From Candidatus Saccharimonadales bacterium (GTDB taxonomy: Bacteria > Patescibacteriota > Saccharimonadia > Saccharimonadales > 2-12-FULL-41-12), in assembly GCA_036276755.1 (NCBI GenBank), contig DASUOG010000028.1, forward strand, positions 1,040-65,039: a DNA stretch of 64,000 bases. The letters run 5' to 3'. A program made the position numbers and the translations under genes. The notes beneath the pieces are model-generated. The model made no database searches. It was not told the DNA's origin and worked only from the letters and a program-made list of their open reading frames with translations. Numbering within the stretch: the stretch's first letter is position 1; the number at the start of each line of letters is the position of its first letter. Below, in pieces: positions 26,089-37,748 of this stretch.

Positions 26089-26703
26089 ATGAGTTTTTTG
26101 CAAATATTACTGGTTATAAACGCATTCTTCATTGGCATGCTCTCGGCCATCGCCTTGCGGCATGCCCTGGCCCATTTCAAACCCCACGTGCATGACGGCG
26201 AAAAACGCCATGCTCGTACGCCTCAGCAGAACGGACATCTGCCGCCGGCGATCCGGGAAAAATTACTCGAAGAAGCACAGGCGAATTTCCATTTGATGTT
26301 AAGGCGTTCGGCAAAGGAGCTGGAAAAGGATTTGGAAGTTACCACCACGAAAATCCATCAGACACTGGAAAAAGAAGGTAACGATGCTATCCGCCATCAG
26401 GTAAAGTTATACCGTGACCGGTTGACTCAGCTGCAGGAACAGACAGAAGACAATATCGCCGATATTGGTAAAGACCTCTCCTCTCATCAGACTGAACTCA
26501 AAGCAAAACTTGCCGAAGAGATAGAAGTCGAGAAAAAGCGCCTGATCCAGCAGATAGATACCAAGCTGGCCGATGCCGTGGGATCGTTCTTAACGGAAAC
26601 TTTGCAGCACAATATAGATTTAGGCGCCCAGAGCGATTATCTGAAGAAAATGTTGGAGGAACACAAGGCCGAAATCGCCAAAGAGGTGTCCAATGAAAGT
26701 TAA
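26089..26703 (+). CDS. atpF: F-type ATP synthase peripheral-stalk subunit b-like protein
   Basis: Single N-terminal TM, then a long charged coiled-coil. Sits immediately upstream of delta. The call is by topology and position only. Confidence 0.55.
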   Translation: MSFLQILLVINAFFIGMLSAIALRHALAHFKPHVHDGEKRHARTPQQNGHLPPAIREKLLEEAQANFHLMLRRSAKELEKDLEVTTTKIHQTLEKEGNDAIRHQVKLYRDRLTQLQEQTEDNIADIGKDLSSHQTELKAKLAEEIEVEKKRLIQQIDTKLADAVGSFLTETLQHNIDLGAQSDYLKKMLEEHKAEIAKEVSNES

Positions 26704-27178
26704 GCTGGACGGCAGCGTAGCTTCTCCGCAGGATTTGAAAACCTTGATACTAGAGATGCGTGGTTATGCGCACTGGTTCTCGCAGAACGCGGTAAAAAAA
26801 CGCCTTAACGCAAAAAGCGCATCGGAAAAGCCGGATTTATCCGTGGCGGCGGAAAGCCTGATCCGCGATTTGAACCAAAAAAAATCGCTCGACCGCAAAG
26901 GTCTGGATGAATTGATAGCCGACCTGGAAGAATTCGCAGATACTGCGCCGCGGCTTAACGTCACCCTCGCCGCACCACCGGTAAGAGGACTCAAAAAAAC
27001 ATTGGTTAACTGGCTACGTGAAGAGATATCCCCGGAAATATTAGTAACATTTGATTTCAATTCTACCTTGCTCGGGGGCATGGTTCTGCGCTGTGGCAGC
27101 CGGATCTTTGACTGGTCCCTACGCCGTCAGATCCTGGATGAACGCGCACGTTTCCCGGAGGTATTGCGGAATGCATGA
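26693..27178 (+). CDS. atpH: F-type ATP synthase subunit delta (OSCP)
   Basis: C-terminal pattern LVTFDFNSTLLGGMVLRCGSRIFDWSLRRQI matches the OSCP C-terminal signature. Position is between the b-like gene and alpha. Confidence 0.7.
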   Translation: MKVKLDGSVASPQDLKTLILEMRGYAHWFSQNAVKKRLNAKSASEKPDLSVAAESLIRDLNQKKSLDRKGLDELIADLEEFADTAPRLNVTLAAPPVRGLKKTLVNWLREEISPEILVTFDFNSTLLGGMVLRCGSRIFDWSLRRQILDERARFPEVLRNA

Positions 27179-28669
27179 AAACCAGACTTTTCAACGTTTG
27201 GTTGAAGCAGACAACCTGACCGGCGAAGTAGTGGCCTCCAACAGTTTCATCATAGAAGTCAAGGGTTTAGAAGGTGTACGTCTGGGGGCTCAAGTATTGT
27301 TCGAAGACGGTCAGCGCGGGCTGGTCCGGGAAGCTTATAAAGATCGGGTGGTCTTGTTCAACATCGATTCCGAAAAAATCGAGCCGGGTACCTTGGCTGT
27401 CGTGGAAAATGAGGAGTTAAACGTGCCCGTGGGTAAAAAGCTGGTCGGCCGGGTCGTTTCGCCAATGGGCGACCCGCTCGATGGTAAGGGAGCCATAAGA
27501 TCCACCGCAAAATCCGGTATCTTCAATGACGCTCCGGGCATCATGGAACGAAACCCGCTAAATGAACAGTTGGCAACCGGCGTTACGGCGATCGATATGT
27601 TTTTCCCAGTGGTCTTGGGTCAGCGCATTGCTATTTTAGGCGATAGCAAATCCGGTAAAAGCACCGTATTGAGCCAATTGAGCGCCAGTCAGGCCGGCAC
27701 CGACCGGGTAGTTGTTTATGTCCTTATCGGCAAGCGCAAAGTGGACATAGAAAATTTATTGTCCGGACTGCGCGCCTCCGGTGCCATGGATCACACCATA
27801 GTGGTGCTCGCCAACATATTTGATTCGCTGACACAGTCATATATAGCGCCTTACGCCGCCTGTGCCATGGCGGAGTATTTATGGAACAATGGCCAGGATG
27901 TAATAATAATTTACGACGACCTGACCTCTCATGCCGAAGCTTACCGCCAACTTTCATTGCTCCAAGAGGTCGATCCGGGCCGGGACTCTTATCCCGGGGA
28001 TATATTTTATGCCCACTCCAGCCTGCTGGAGCGCGCCGGAAAATTAAAAAAAAGCAACAAGACATTGACCGCCTTACCGGTGGTAATGACCCCAAGCGAT
28101 GACATCACCGCATATTTATCGACCAATATAATGTCGATCACCGACGGACAGATAATCCTTGATCTCGGTGTCTTCCGGAAAGGCATACGACCTGCCGTGA
28201 ACGCCGGACTATCGGTCTCACGGGTCGGCGGCCAGGCACAAACCGTCCGCCAGAAAAGACTTACCGGCAGCCTATTCCAAAAGCTCGCCAAATATCACCA
28301 AGCCGAAGAATTCTCGCATTTCGGAGCCAGACTTTCCAAAGAAGCTACCATTGATCTCCTGCTGGGAAAGCAGATTTATGAAGCGCTCAGACAGCCGCCG
28401 GAAGAACGCCACTCGCTAGCCGAACAGCAATTGATGCTGGAAACCATCTTGCTTGCCGGTGGCGAAACAGAGCTCGACATAGCCGGCCTAAAAGAAGCCG
28501 TCAAAACCGTCGCCTCAAAAGCCAAAGACGAAAAAGATTTTGACCGCATTGAAGCCGAGCTGCTCAAAAAACATTCTGCCAAAGCGAAAGCAGTGGATGA
28601 CAAACAATCGGCCGGCAAAAAGAAAAAAGAAAAAAGTAGCGCAAAAGCCGCTAAAGGCAAGGAAAATAA

Positions 28670-28673
<4 letters not shown>
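27171..28673 (+). CDS. atpA: F-type ATP synthase subunit alpha (start re-assigned to ATG 27171)
   Basis: Alignable by eye with E. coli alpha across the protein: P-loop GDSKSGKST (canonical GDRQTGKT), IIYDDLTSHAEAYRQLSLL, PGDIFYAHSSLLERA, SITDGQI, RPAVNAGLSVSRVGG. GGAGG lies 10 nt upstream of 27171. Lys-rich C-terminal tail. Confidence 0.9.
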
Positions 28674-30975
<2,302 letters not shown>

Positions 30976-30989
30976 CCCAGGGAATACTT

Positions 30990-31253
30990 ATGAGCCATAA
31001 AGATGAAGATGAAGAACTGACCGTCATCGCCCGAGCACCGTTTCATATATATTATGAAGGTCCCGCGGATGTCGTCACGGCGACCAATAAAGTCGGCCAG
31101 TTCGACATCCTACCCGGCCATGCTGATTTTTTCTCCATATTAAACCCTGGCGATGTTCTGATTGAAACCAAAACCAAGTCCTTGAACTTTCATATATCAA
31201 ACGGTATCGTCGCCGTCCGCGATAACGAGGTCATGCTGTTCGTCAATATGTAG
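30990..31253 (+). CDS. atpC: F-type ATP synthase subunit epsilon (beta-sandwich domain only)
   Basis: 87 aa with the pattern GQFDILPGHADFFSIL...NGIVAVRDNEVMLFV. Lacks the C-terminal helical hairpin. Confidence 0.75.
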   Translation: MSHKDEDEELTVIARAPFHIYYEGPADVVTATNKVGQFDILPGHADFFSILNPGDVLIETKTKSLNFHISNGIVAVRDNEVMLFVNM

Positions 31254-31263
31254 TGGGCGTCAT

Positions 31264-32274
31264 CTACTGCATGACGATGTAATTGAAACTATAGCCGCCG
31301 GCTGATAAACCGCTGCCCCCTATACTGAAACTCCCGGAGGAGCTGTTCACATAGACGTTGGCTGCTCTGCCGACGGGCGTTATCACTACTCTGGGCGTAC
31401 CACTATAAGAATTTCTAAAATGCACCGTAGCCAAAGTTCCGCTGCCTCCTCCCGCTCCGACACCGACGAATACGGTTCCTGCCGAGTCATTGCCGCTGAT
31501 CGATGCGGAACCTGCCGCCGAACCACGGCTTACACTGGGGGTAGAGCCGGTTGTAATAAAATGCCCGCCTAGCTGTATGATGCTATCCGATACCAGGCTA
31601 CTGACACGCAGAGTGCCTACGGATAATTGTCCGCCTATCGAGATATTACCCGATATATTAGCGGTATTGGCTGCAAGTCCTTGTACCCGCGCGGTTCCCG
31701 CCACGGCCAAGTCATTTCGAACATTTAGGTTAGATACCGTGCCGTCACCATTGACGTTCAGGTCGCTAAGTGAGGTCTTGCCAGCTTGCAACTGGGTCAA
31801 ACTAGCGTCGGCCGCCGATAGCCTTTTGCTCAGAATAAGTTGTCCGCCTACGCTCACGTCGTCACCGATCCTCACTTTGCCATTGAAACGGGCATCGGGA
31901 TTTACTATAAGCTCCACGCCCGTATCGCCTATAGGCCCACGTTTGACTCCCAATTTGTCCAGCGCTTCTTGACTGATGGCGACCTGTCCGGGCTCTACTT
32001 GGCTATTTTGAGACTGGCGTTTGACGACAAAGATAATGATTACGGAATTGATAAGCAAGATAGCCACCACAACCGCCAACCCCATAAAGGTGGCTTTGTG
32101 GCTTGGCCTATACGTACGGTGTGCGTGCTTGCCGGCCTTGGCTTTAGACGCTGAGGATGTATTTTCGGAAGACTCACGCGACGATGTATCCGTGTCAGCC
32201 TTAGGCGTCAATACTTCGGGAGCCGGTGGCTCTTTGCTTTGATTTTTTGGTTTGGAAGATGGTGAGTCCGCCAT
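31264..32274 (-). CDS. membrane-anchored surface protein: beta-helix-like repeats plus an H-type-lectin-like C-terminal module
   Basis: Ser/Lys-rich N-terminus, TM (FMGLAVVVAILLINSVIIIFVV) and repetitive V/N/G-rich segments. The C-terminus VHFRNSYSGTPRVVITPVG...GGYSFNYIVMQ is homologous to the C-terminus of the 1384-aa protein. Confidence 0.6.
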   Translation of the reverse strand: MADSPSSKPKNQSKEPPAPEVLTPKADTDTSSRESSENTSSASKAKAGKHAHRTYRPSHKATFMGLAVVVAILLINSVIIIFVVKRQSQNSQVEPGQVAISQEALDKLGVKRGPIGDTGVELIVNPDARFNGKVRIGDDVSVGGQLILSKRLSAADASLTQLQAGKTSLSDLNVNGDGTVSNLNVRNDLAVAGTARVQGLAANTANISGNISIGGQLSVGTLRVSSLVSDSIIQLGGHFITTGSTPSVSRGSAAGSASISGNDSAGTVFVGVGAGGGSGTLATVHFRNSYSGTPRVVITPVGRAANVYVNSSSGSFSIGGSGLSAGGYSFNYIVMQ

Positions 32275-32400
32275 CTATTTTTACCTTTTGTTTTTAATGC
32301 TTTAGTTAGTATACCGCTTAAGTTAACGGGCTACAAATCATTTCAGCCCCGGACGGCCTTGCTGTTTGCAAAATCATTATGTTTCGTCAACAATTAAACT

Positions 32401-33132
32401 ATGTTGAAGTGGCTTATGCGGAGTTGCGCCTTGTTGCTGGCAGCCGTACTTTGCAGCGGCTGCATAGTGGCCGTCACGTACGCCGAAACCCTGAAATCAC
32501 CGAACTATCAGTTCGATGAAAGCGTTCTCGGCGCCGGCGGGGTGGTAAGGTCCGGTTCCGCCAACTACCAGACAGGCCAGTCCATCGGCGACACGGCAAT
32601 CAATGAATCGTCTTCATCTAACTTCCAATTCCAGGCGGGTTCGCAAACCACGAGCGACCCTGCGTTGTCGTTCGCCGTCAATGACCCCAGTGTTAACTTC
32701 GGCGATTTCTCAGCCGCGGCCACAGCCACCGCGACCTCAAGCTTCTCAGTGTCCAACTATACAAGCTACGGTTACGCGGTACAGATGATTGGCGATCCGC
32801 CCAGTAATAACAATGATGAAATCACTGCGATGACGACTACCGGTCCTTCTCAGACCGGACAAGAACAGTTCGGTATAAACCTAGTAACCAATACGGTCCC
32901 TACATCATTCGGTGATGATCCTGATAACGGACAATTCGGCAACGGAGAAGCAGCCGCCAATTATAATACATCCAACCAATATCGTTATGTTGATGGCGAA
33001 ACTATCGCCACCGCCCCTAAGAGTTCCGGTGTTACCGATTACACTATCAGCTATATAGTCAACGTGAGCAATCTTACTCCCGGCGGCCGTTACTCGTCCA
33101 GCCAATCGATCATATGCACGGGTGTATTCTAA
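32401..33132 (+). CDS. secreted surface-protein paralog 1 (WxL-like C-terminal strand motif)
   Basis: Signal peptide. SPNYQFDES...SANYQTGQSIGD...SSNFQFQAG short repeats. The C-terminal half is shared with the two 371-aa proteins (QFGINL..N, YRYVDGETIA, YTISYIVNVS..TPGGRYSSSQSIICTGVF). Confidence 0.65.
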   Translation: MLKWLMRSCALLLAAVLCSGCIVAVTYAETLKSPNYQFDESVLGAGGVVRSGSANYQTGQSIGDTAINESSSSNFQFQAGSQTTSDPALSFAVNDPSVNFGDFSAAATATATSSFSVSNYTSYGYAVQMIGDPPSNNNDEITAMTTTGPSQTGQEQFGINLVTNTVPTSFGDDPDNGQFGNGEAAANYNTSNQYRYVDGETIATAPKSSGVTDYTISYIVNVSNLTPGGRYSSSQSIICTGVF

Positions 33133-33158
33133 TAAGCCCGATTTAATTCGCTTTTTTG

Positions 33159-33187
33159 TTGACAAGCCACGCTGCTTATGCTAAACT
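33159..33187 (+). promoter_or_regulatory. sigma70-type promoter TTGACA-N17-TAAACT upstream of the first 371-aa gene
   Basis: TTGACAagccacgctgcttatgcTAAACT read directly, about 45 nt upstream of the ATG at 33230. Confidence 0.5.
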
Positions 33188-33229
33188 TCCCTAAAGTTCG
33201 ATAAATAAACAAAAATCAAAAATACAAAA

Positions 33230-34345
33230 ATGAAAAAACAAAATAGATTAACAATACTGTTCGGCATAACAATTATGTTGGCCGGATTAGTGGTTCCGGC
33301 TTTTTTGGCCGGTAACGCTTCTGCGGCTCAGATAACCGTCCGTAGTCTGACCCTTCAGGCCGGGGCTACCGATGGTGGCTCAGAAGCCGGGGGCGTGGTT
33401 AACCATCTCTTTGGCTTTACCATACCGACTACCGGCAACGTAGGTTCGATCCAGTTCCTATACTGTACAACGGCCAGCGGTGCCTGTACGACACCTACCG
33501 GCCTTGTTACGACTTCATCTACATACGGCACTGAAACCGGCGCCACCGGCTTCAGCCTTGTTAATACGACCAACGGAGCTCCTTACATAACCCGTACGGC
33601 AGCTAGCATTTCCTCGGGTACGGCCGTAACTTATCAACTACAAAGCATTACCAACCCGACTACCGCCGACGAGACATTTTACGTACGTATTTCAACTTTT
33701 GCCTCTACCGATACCACAGGTGGAACCACCGACACCGGTACGGTAGCCGCCAGTACCGCTACGCAAATCGATCTGAGCGGAACTATGCCCGAATCATTGG
33801 TATTCTGCGCCGGCGGCACCGTCAGCACCACCGCGGGCGTGCCGGACTGCTCTACCGCCACCAGCGGTTCTGTGAGCTTCAATCAGCTCTTTTCACCTAC
33901 CGACACTGCTACGGCTACATCCCAGATGGCCGCTTCGACCAATGCCGGCGCCGGTTATGCGATAAGTGTGAACGGTCCTACTTTGACATCCGGCTCAAAT
34001 ACTATAACGACCATAAGTACTGCCGGTGTAGGCATACGCGGTACCAGCCAGTTCGGTATGAATCTCAAGGCCAATACGACCACCACTTCCAACCCGGCTG
34101 TAGGTAGTGAAGTTGCGCCGGCCGCCAACGGCACCAACTACAAAGGCCAGGCATCCACCGATTACGATACTGTCGATAACTTCAAATTCGTATCCGGGAA
34201 TACCGTAGCCGCCAGTGATAACGGTGGCGCCGGCGGTACGGACGCCCAGATCTTCACCGCTTCTTATATAGTCAACGTACCCGGTAGCCAGCCTGCCGGT
34301 ACCTATACTACAACTCTTACATATATCTGTACTCCTACCTTCTAG
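33230..34345 (+). CDS. secreted Thr/Gly/Ala-rich surface protein, paralog 2a
   Basis: Signal peptide ending ASA|AQ. 371 aa. By-eye alignment shows it is nearly identical to 34462-35577. Ends AGTYTTTLTYICTPTF. Confidence 0.7.
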   Translation: MKKQNRLTILFGITIMLAGLVVPAFLAGNASAAQITVRSLTLQAGATDGGSEAGGVVNHLFGFTIPTTGNVGSIQFLYCTTASGACTTPTGLVTTSSTYGTETGATGFSLVNTTNGAPYITRTAASISSGTAVTYQLQSITNPTTADETFYVRISTFASTDTTGGTTDTGTVAASTATQIDLSGTMPESLVFCAGGTVSTTAGVPDCSTATSGSVSFNQLFSPTDTATATSQMAASTNAGAGYAISVNGPTLTSGSNTITTISTAGVGIRGTSQFGMNLKANTTTTSNPAVGSEVAPAANGTNYKGQASTDYDTVDNFKFVSGNTVAASDNGGAGGTDAQIFTASYIVNVPGSQPAGTYTTTLTYICTPTF

Positions 34346-34461
34346 TAAAACCTTATGTAAAAAACTCTAATATAGGTTTTGTTTTTTCCGTGCTTGTGCT
34401 AATATTTTGGCAGAGCGTGAGCGGGAAGCGTTTGCCTCTCTGTTAACAGTCAGCAGAGAAA

Positions 34462-35577
34462 ATGAAAAGACAAAACACATTAGCAATATTCTTAAGCGTT
34501 ACTTTCATGTTACTGGGCTTGGCCTTGCCGGTCTTTCTGCCGAATTCCGCTTCTGCGGCTCAGATAACCGTCCGTAGCCTGACTCTTCAGGCCGGGGCTA
34601 CCGATGGCGGTTCCCAGCCCGGCGGCGTGGTTGATCATCTCTTTGGCTTTACCATACCGACTACCGGCAACGTAGGTTCGATCCAGTTCTTATATTGCAC
34701 TACTGCCAGTGGAACTTGTACTACCCCGACGGGGTTGGATACGACCGCTGCGACTTTGGGCAGTGAAACCGGCGCCACCGGCTTCAGTATTGTTAATACG
34801 ACTAATGGGTCACCCTATATAACCCGTACGGCTTCCAGCATTAATACAGGAACAGCCGTAAGCTACCAATTACAGTCCGTCACTAATCCGACTACCGCCG
34901 ACGAGACATTCTACGTCCGTATTTCAACTTTTGCCTCTACCGATACCACAGGTGGAACCACCGACACCGGTACGGTAGCCGCCAGTACCGCTACACAGAT
35001 AGTCCTTACCGGTACTATGCCTGAGTCCTTGATCTTTTGCGCCGGCGGCACCGTCAGCACCACCGCGGGTATACCTGATTGCTCTACCGCCACCAGCGGT
35101 TCCGTGAGCTTCAACCAACTTTTCTCACCCAGCGATACAGCCACTGCCACCTCCCAGATGGCCGCCTCGACCAATGCTTCGTCCGGTTATAGCATAACTG
35201 TGAACGGCACTACCTTGACATCCGGTTCGAATACTATTCCCGCCATGGGGACGGCAACAACCGGTGTTAAAGGTACCGGGCAGTTCGGTCTGAACCTCAG
35301 GACCAATACTACTGCGACCTCCAACCCGGCTGTAGGCACCGATGTAGCTCCTGCGGCCAACGGCACCAACTACAAAGGCCAGCCTTTTACCGGTTACGAT
35401 ACTGTAGATACCTTCAAATTCGTTAGCGGGGACTCTGTTGCTAAAAGTGATAACGGCGGTGCCGGCGCCACTGATTCCCAGATCTTCACGGCAGCTTATA
35501 TAGTTAACGTGTCAGGTAGCCAGACTGCCGGTACTTACACCACCACCTTGACTTATATCTGTACGGCTACGTTTTAA
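34462..35577 (+). CDS. secreted Thr/Gly/Ala-rich surface protein, paralog 2b (tandem duplicate)
   Basis: Same length (371 aa) and collinear with 33230-34345, offset by 1232 nt. Ends AGTYTTTLTYICTATF. Confidence 0.7.
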   Translation: MKRQNTLAIFLSVTFMLLGLALPVFLPNSASAAQITVRSLTLQAGATDGGSQPGGVVDHLFGFTIPTTGNVGSIQFLYCTTASGTCTTPTGLDTTAATLGSETGATGFSIVNTTNGSPYITRTASSINTGTAVSYQLQSVTNPTTADETFYVRISTFASTDTTGGTTDTGTVAASTATQIVLTGTMPESLIFCAGGTVSTTAGIPDCSTATSGSVSFNQLFSPSDTATATSQMAASTNASSGYSITVNGTTLTSGSNTIPAMGTATTGVKGTGQFGLNLRTNTTATSNPAVGTDVAPAANGTNYKGQPFTGYDTVDTFKFVSGDSVAKSDNGGAGATDSQIFTAAYIVNVSGSQTAGTYTTTLTYICTATF

Positions 35578-35582
35578 TCCTT

Positions 35583-36605
35583 ATGAAGAAAACCGCTTAT
35601 TTCATCACTTTGTGGCTAATCCTTGCTGCTTTCTGTTTAAGTCCGGCTATGCCGGCGGTTTTAGCGCAAACTTCAACTAATAATCCCGACACATCCGGCA
35701 ACGGTCAGGCGCTTGAAATAGCCCCGCCGGTTATAAACGTATCCGGAAAACCGGGAGAAACCATTAAAACCACTCTTAAGCTCCGTAATATTTCAAGCGG
35801 CCAGCTGATTGTAACCAATCAGATAAACGACTTCGTAGCCGCCGGAGAAGATGGCACACCGAAAATAATTACCAAGAAGAACGATAATAATCCTTACTCG
35901 TTGACCGATTGGCTGAACCCACTGCCAAGCCTGCTTATAAAATCCCGACAAATAAAAGATTTGCCGGTGATAATAGAGATTCCAGAAAACGCATCGCCGG
36001 GGGGACATTATGGGGTTATCCGGTTCACCGCTACGCCGCCAAAGCTGGATGGCACCGGCGTTTCGCTATCGGCCAGCCTTGGAGCTCTGATGCTGGTAAC
36101 TGTAGAGGGAAAGGCTAAGGAAAGCCTATCCGTAGAAGAATTTTCGGTGATGCAGAATGGCAAAGCAGGTACTATATTTGAGTCTACTCCCTTAACATTT
36201 TTGGAAAGAATACGTAACACCGGCAATATACATGAACAGCCGGTCGGCCGGATCACCATAACCAATATGTTCAACAAAAAGATCGCGGACGTTAATGTTA
36301 ACCTCAACGGCAACAACATCTTGCCGCAAAGTATCCGCAGGTTCGAACAACCGCTTGATAGTTCCATAATCGGCAACAAGAAGCTGTTCGGCCGTTATAA
36401 GGCCGATTTAAAGCTTGTCTATGGCAAGGATGGAAAAGTGCTGAATTCAAGCATTGTATTTTGGGTCATACCTTATCGCCTGATCGGGTTGATAATACTG
36501 CTGCTAATAGTCGGGTTCTTTGCCTTAAGGTTCCTGATCCGCCGCTATAACCGCCGCATTATAAGTAAGGCCCAGAACCAGAAACCGCAAAACAAGAACG
36601 ATTAG
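35583..36605 (+). CDS. DUF916/DUF3324-like (CscA-like) two-Ig-domain cell-surface protein with C-terminal TM anchor
   Basis: Signal peptide. LEIAPPVINVSGKPGETIKTTLKLRNISSGQL..., ...ENASPGGHYGVIRF, a second beta domain (RIRNTGNIHEQPVGRITITN...GRYKADLKLVYG), then TM LIGLIILLLIVGFFAL plus a basic tail. This architecture matches the DUF916-DUF3324 proteins of WxL/Csc loci. Confidence 0.55.
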   Translation: MKKTAYFITLWLILAAFCLSPAMPAVLAQTSTNNPDTSGNGQALEIAPPVINVSGKPGETIKTTLKLRNISSGQLIVTNQINDFVAAGEDGTPKIITKKNDNNPYSLTDWLNPLPSLLIKSRQIKDLPVIIEIPENASPGGHYGVIRFTATPPKLDGTGVSLSASLGALMLVTVEGKAKESLSVEEFSVMQNGKAGTIFESTPLTFLERIRNTGNIHEQPVGRITITNMFNKKIADVNVNLNGNNILPQSIRRFEQPLDSSIIGNKKLFGRYKADLKLVYGKDGKVLNSSIVFWVIPYRLIGLIILLLIVGFFALRFLIRRYNRRIISKAQNQKPQNKND

Positions 36606-36653
36606 CCTAACCGATATTCGATCCAAAATATAGCCATAACCGCCGATTTAAAC

Positions 36654-36662
36654 TGGTATAAT
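36654..36662 (+). promoter_or_regulatory. extended -10 element TGGTATAAT, 7 nt upstream of ATG 36670 (possible leaderless transcript)
   Basis: ctGGTATAATataccctATG read directly. No SD in the 7-nt gap. Confidence 0.4.
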
Positions 36663-36669
36663 ATACCCT

Positions 36670-37620
36670 ATGTTTGACCGAATGCGAATAATACACCATA
36701 GCCATAGTGGCCGGTTCCGTCCGCATGAATATACGTCTTATCCGATATTATTTTTGCTGATAATAGTAACCGGATTGACTTTGACCCTATGCTCCGTATC
36801 GGCCGGGCCACCGCCTCCGGAAGCAAATTCCATAAGCCTGTCGGGAACGTTTCCAAAAGACCCTCCCAAGGTAGCCGCAACCATCGCTTCTCCCGGAGGC
36901 GGACAGCGTTTTACTTCTTCTCCAATAACCATTGAAGGAACATGCCCCAAGGATACGATAGTAGAAATATTTAAGAACAACATCTTCGCCGGATCCACTC
37001 CCTGCAAAGACGGCCGTTATTCATTACGGGTGGACCTTCTGATAGGCCGTAATTTGATCGTAGCGAGGGTTTTTGATGTATTAAACCAAGCCGGACCTGA
37101 CTCGAATAAGATCACAGTTTTTTATGACCAGAGCGGGCCTCAGGGAGCGGCTCTGGTACCGTTAAATTTCTCCGGATCACAATTACTGTTGAATACGGAC
37201 GCCGTATACCGCGGCGTATTTCCCGAGGACGAACTTGACGTACCCATAAGCATCATCGGCGGCGAAGCACCTTATGCCGTCAACGTACAGTGGGGAGATT
37301 TGGATAACAATATAATCCCGCGCAAGAATAATCAGGTATTCCGGGCCAGTCACGCCTACGACAAGCCGGGAACCTACCAAATAACCATACAAGCTACAGA
37401 CTCGCGGTCGCGCGTAGCGTTTTTAACGGTAGCTGCAATTGTGAACGGTCAAACGGCCGCAACAACCGTAAGCGGCATATCAAAGTCATCGGTTAACAAA
37501 TTATTATTGCTCTGGCCCTTCTACACCAGCGCGGCCGCCATCGTGTTCAGCTTCTGGCTTGGCGAGCGGCGCGAGAAGCGGATTTTAACAAAAAATATTG
37601 TCCAACATCACTCTATTTGA
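36670..37620 (+). CDS. bitopic membrane protein with Ig-like and PKD-like domains
   Basis: N-terminal TM and C-terminal TM. PKD-like signature YAVNVQWGDLDNN...FRASHAYDKPGTYQITIQATDSRS. Confidence 0.6.
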   Translation: MFDRMRIIHHSHSGRFRPHEYTSYPILFLLIIVTGLTLTLCSVSAGPPPPEANSISLSGTFPKDPPKVAATIASPGGGQRFTSSPITIEGTCPKDTIVEIFKNNIFAGSTPCKDGRYSLRVDLLIGRNLIVARVFDVLNQAGPDSNKITVFYDQSGPQGAALVPLNFSGSQLLLNTDAVYRGVFPEDELDVPISIIGGEAPYAVNVQWGDLDNNIIPRKNNQVFRASHAYDKPGTYQITIQATDSRSRVAFLTVAAIVNGQTAATTVSGISKSSVNKLLLLWPFYTSAAAIVFSFWLGERREKRILTKNIVQHHSI

Positions 37621-37748
37621 ACACAAATTTTACCCATCCAAAACACTTGTAAAAACGCCCGTCAATGTTTATGCTTTACACCAGGTAGAACTACTTATGT
37701 GCTAGAAGCTACTACCACTAAAGTCAAAAATTAATAAGAAGTAAAAAC

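Noticed and set aside
27051-27170. Upstream extension of the atpA ORF in the track (start 27051)
   Set aside because: It would overlap atpH by 128 nt and encodes no alpha-subunit sequence. ATG at 27171 has a GGAGG RBS and gives the usual short overlap with atpH.
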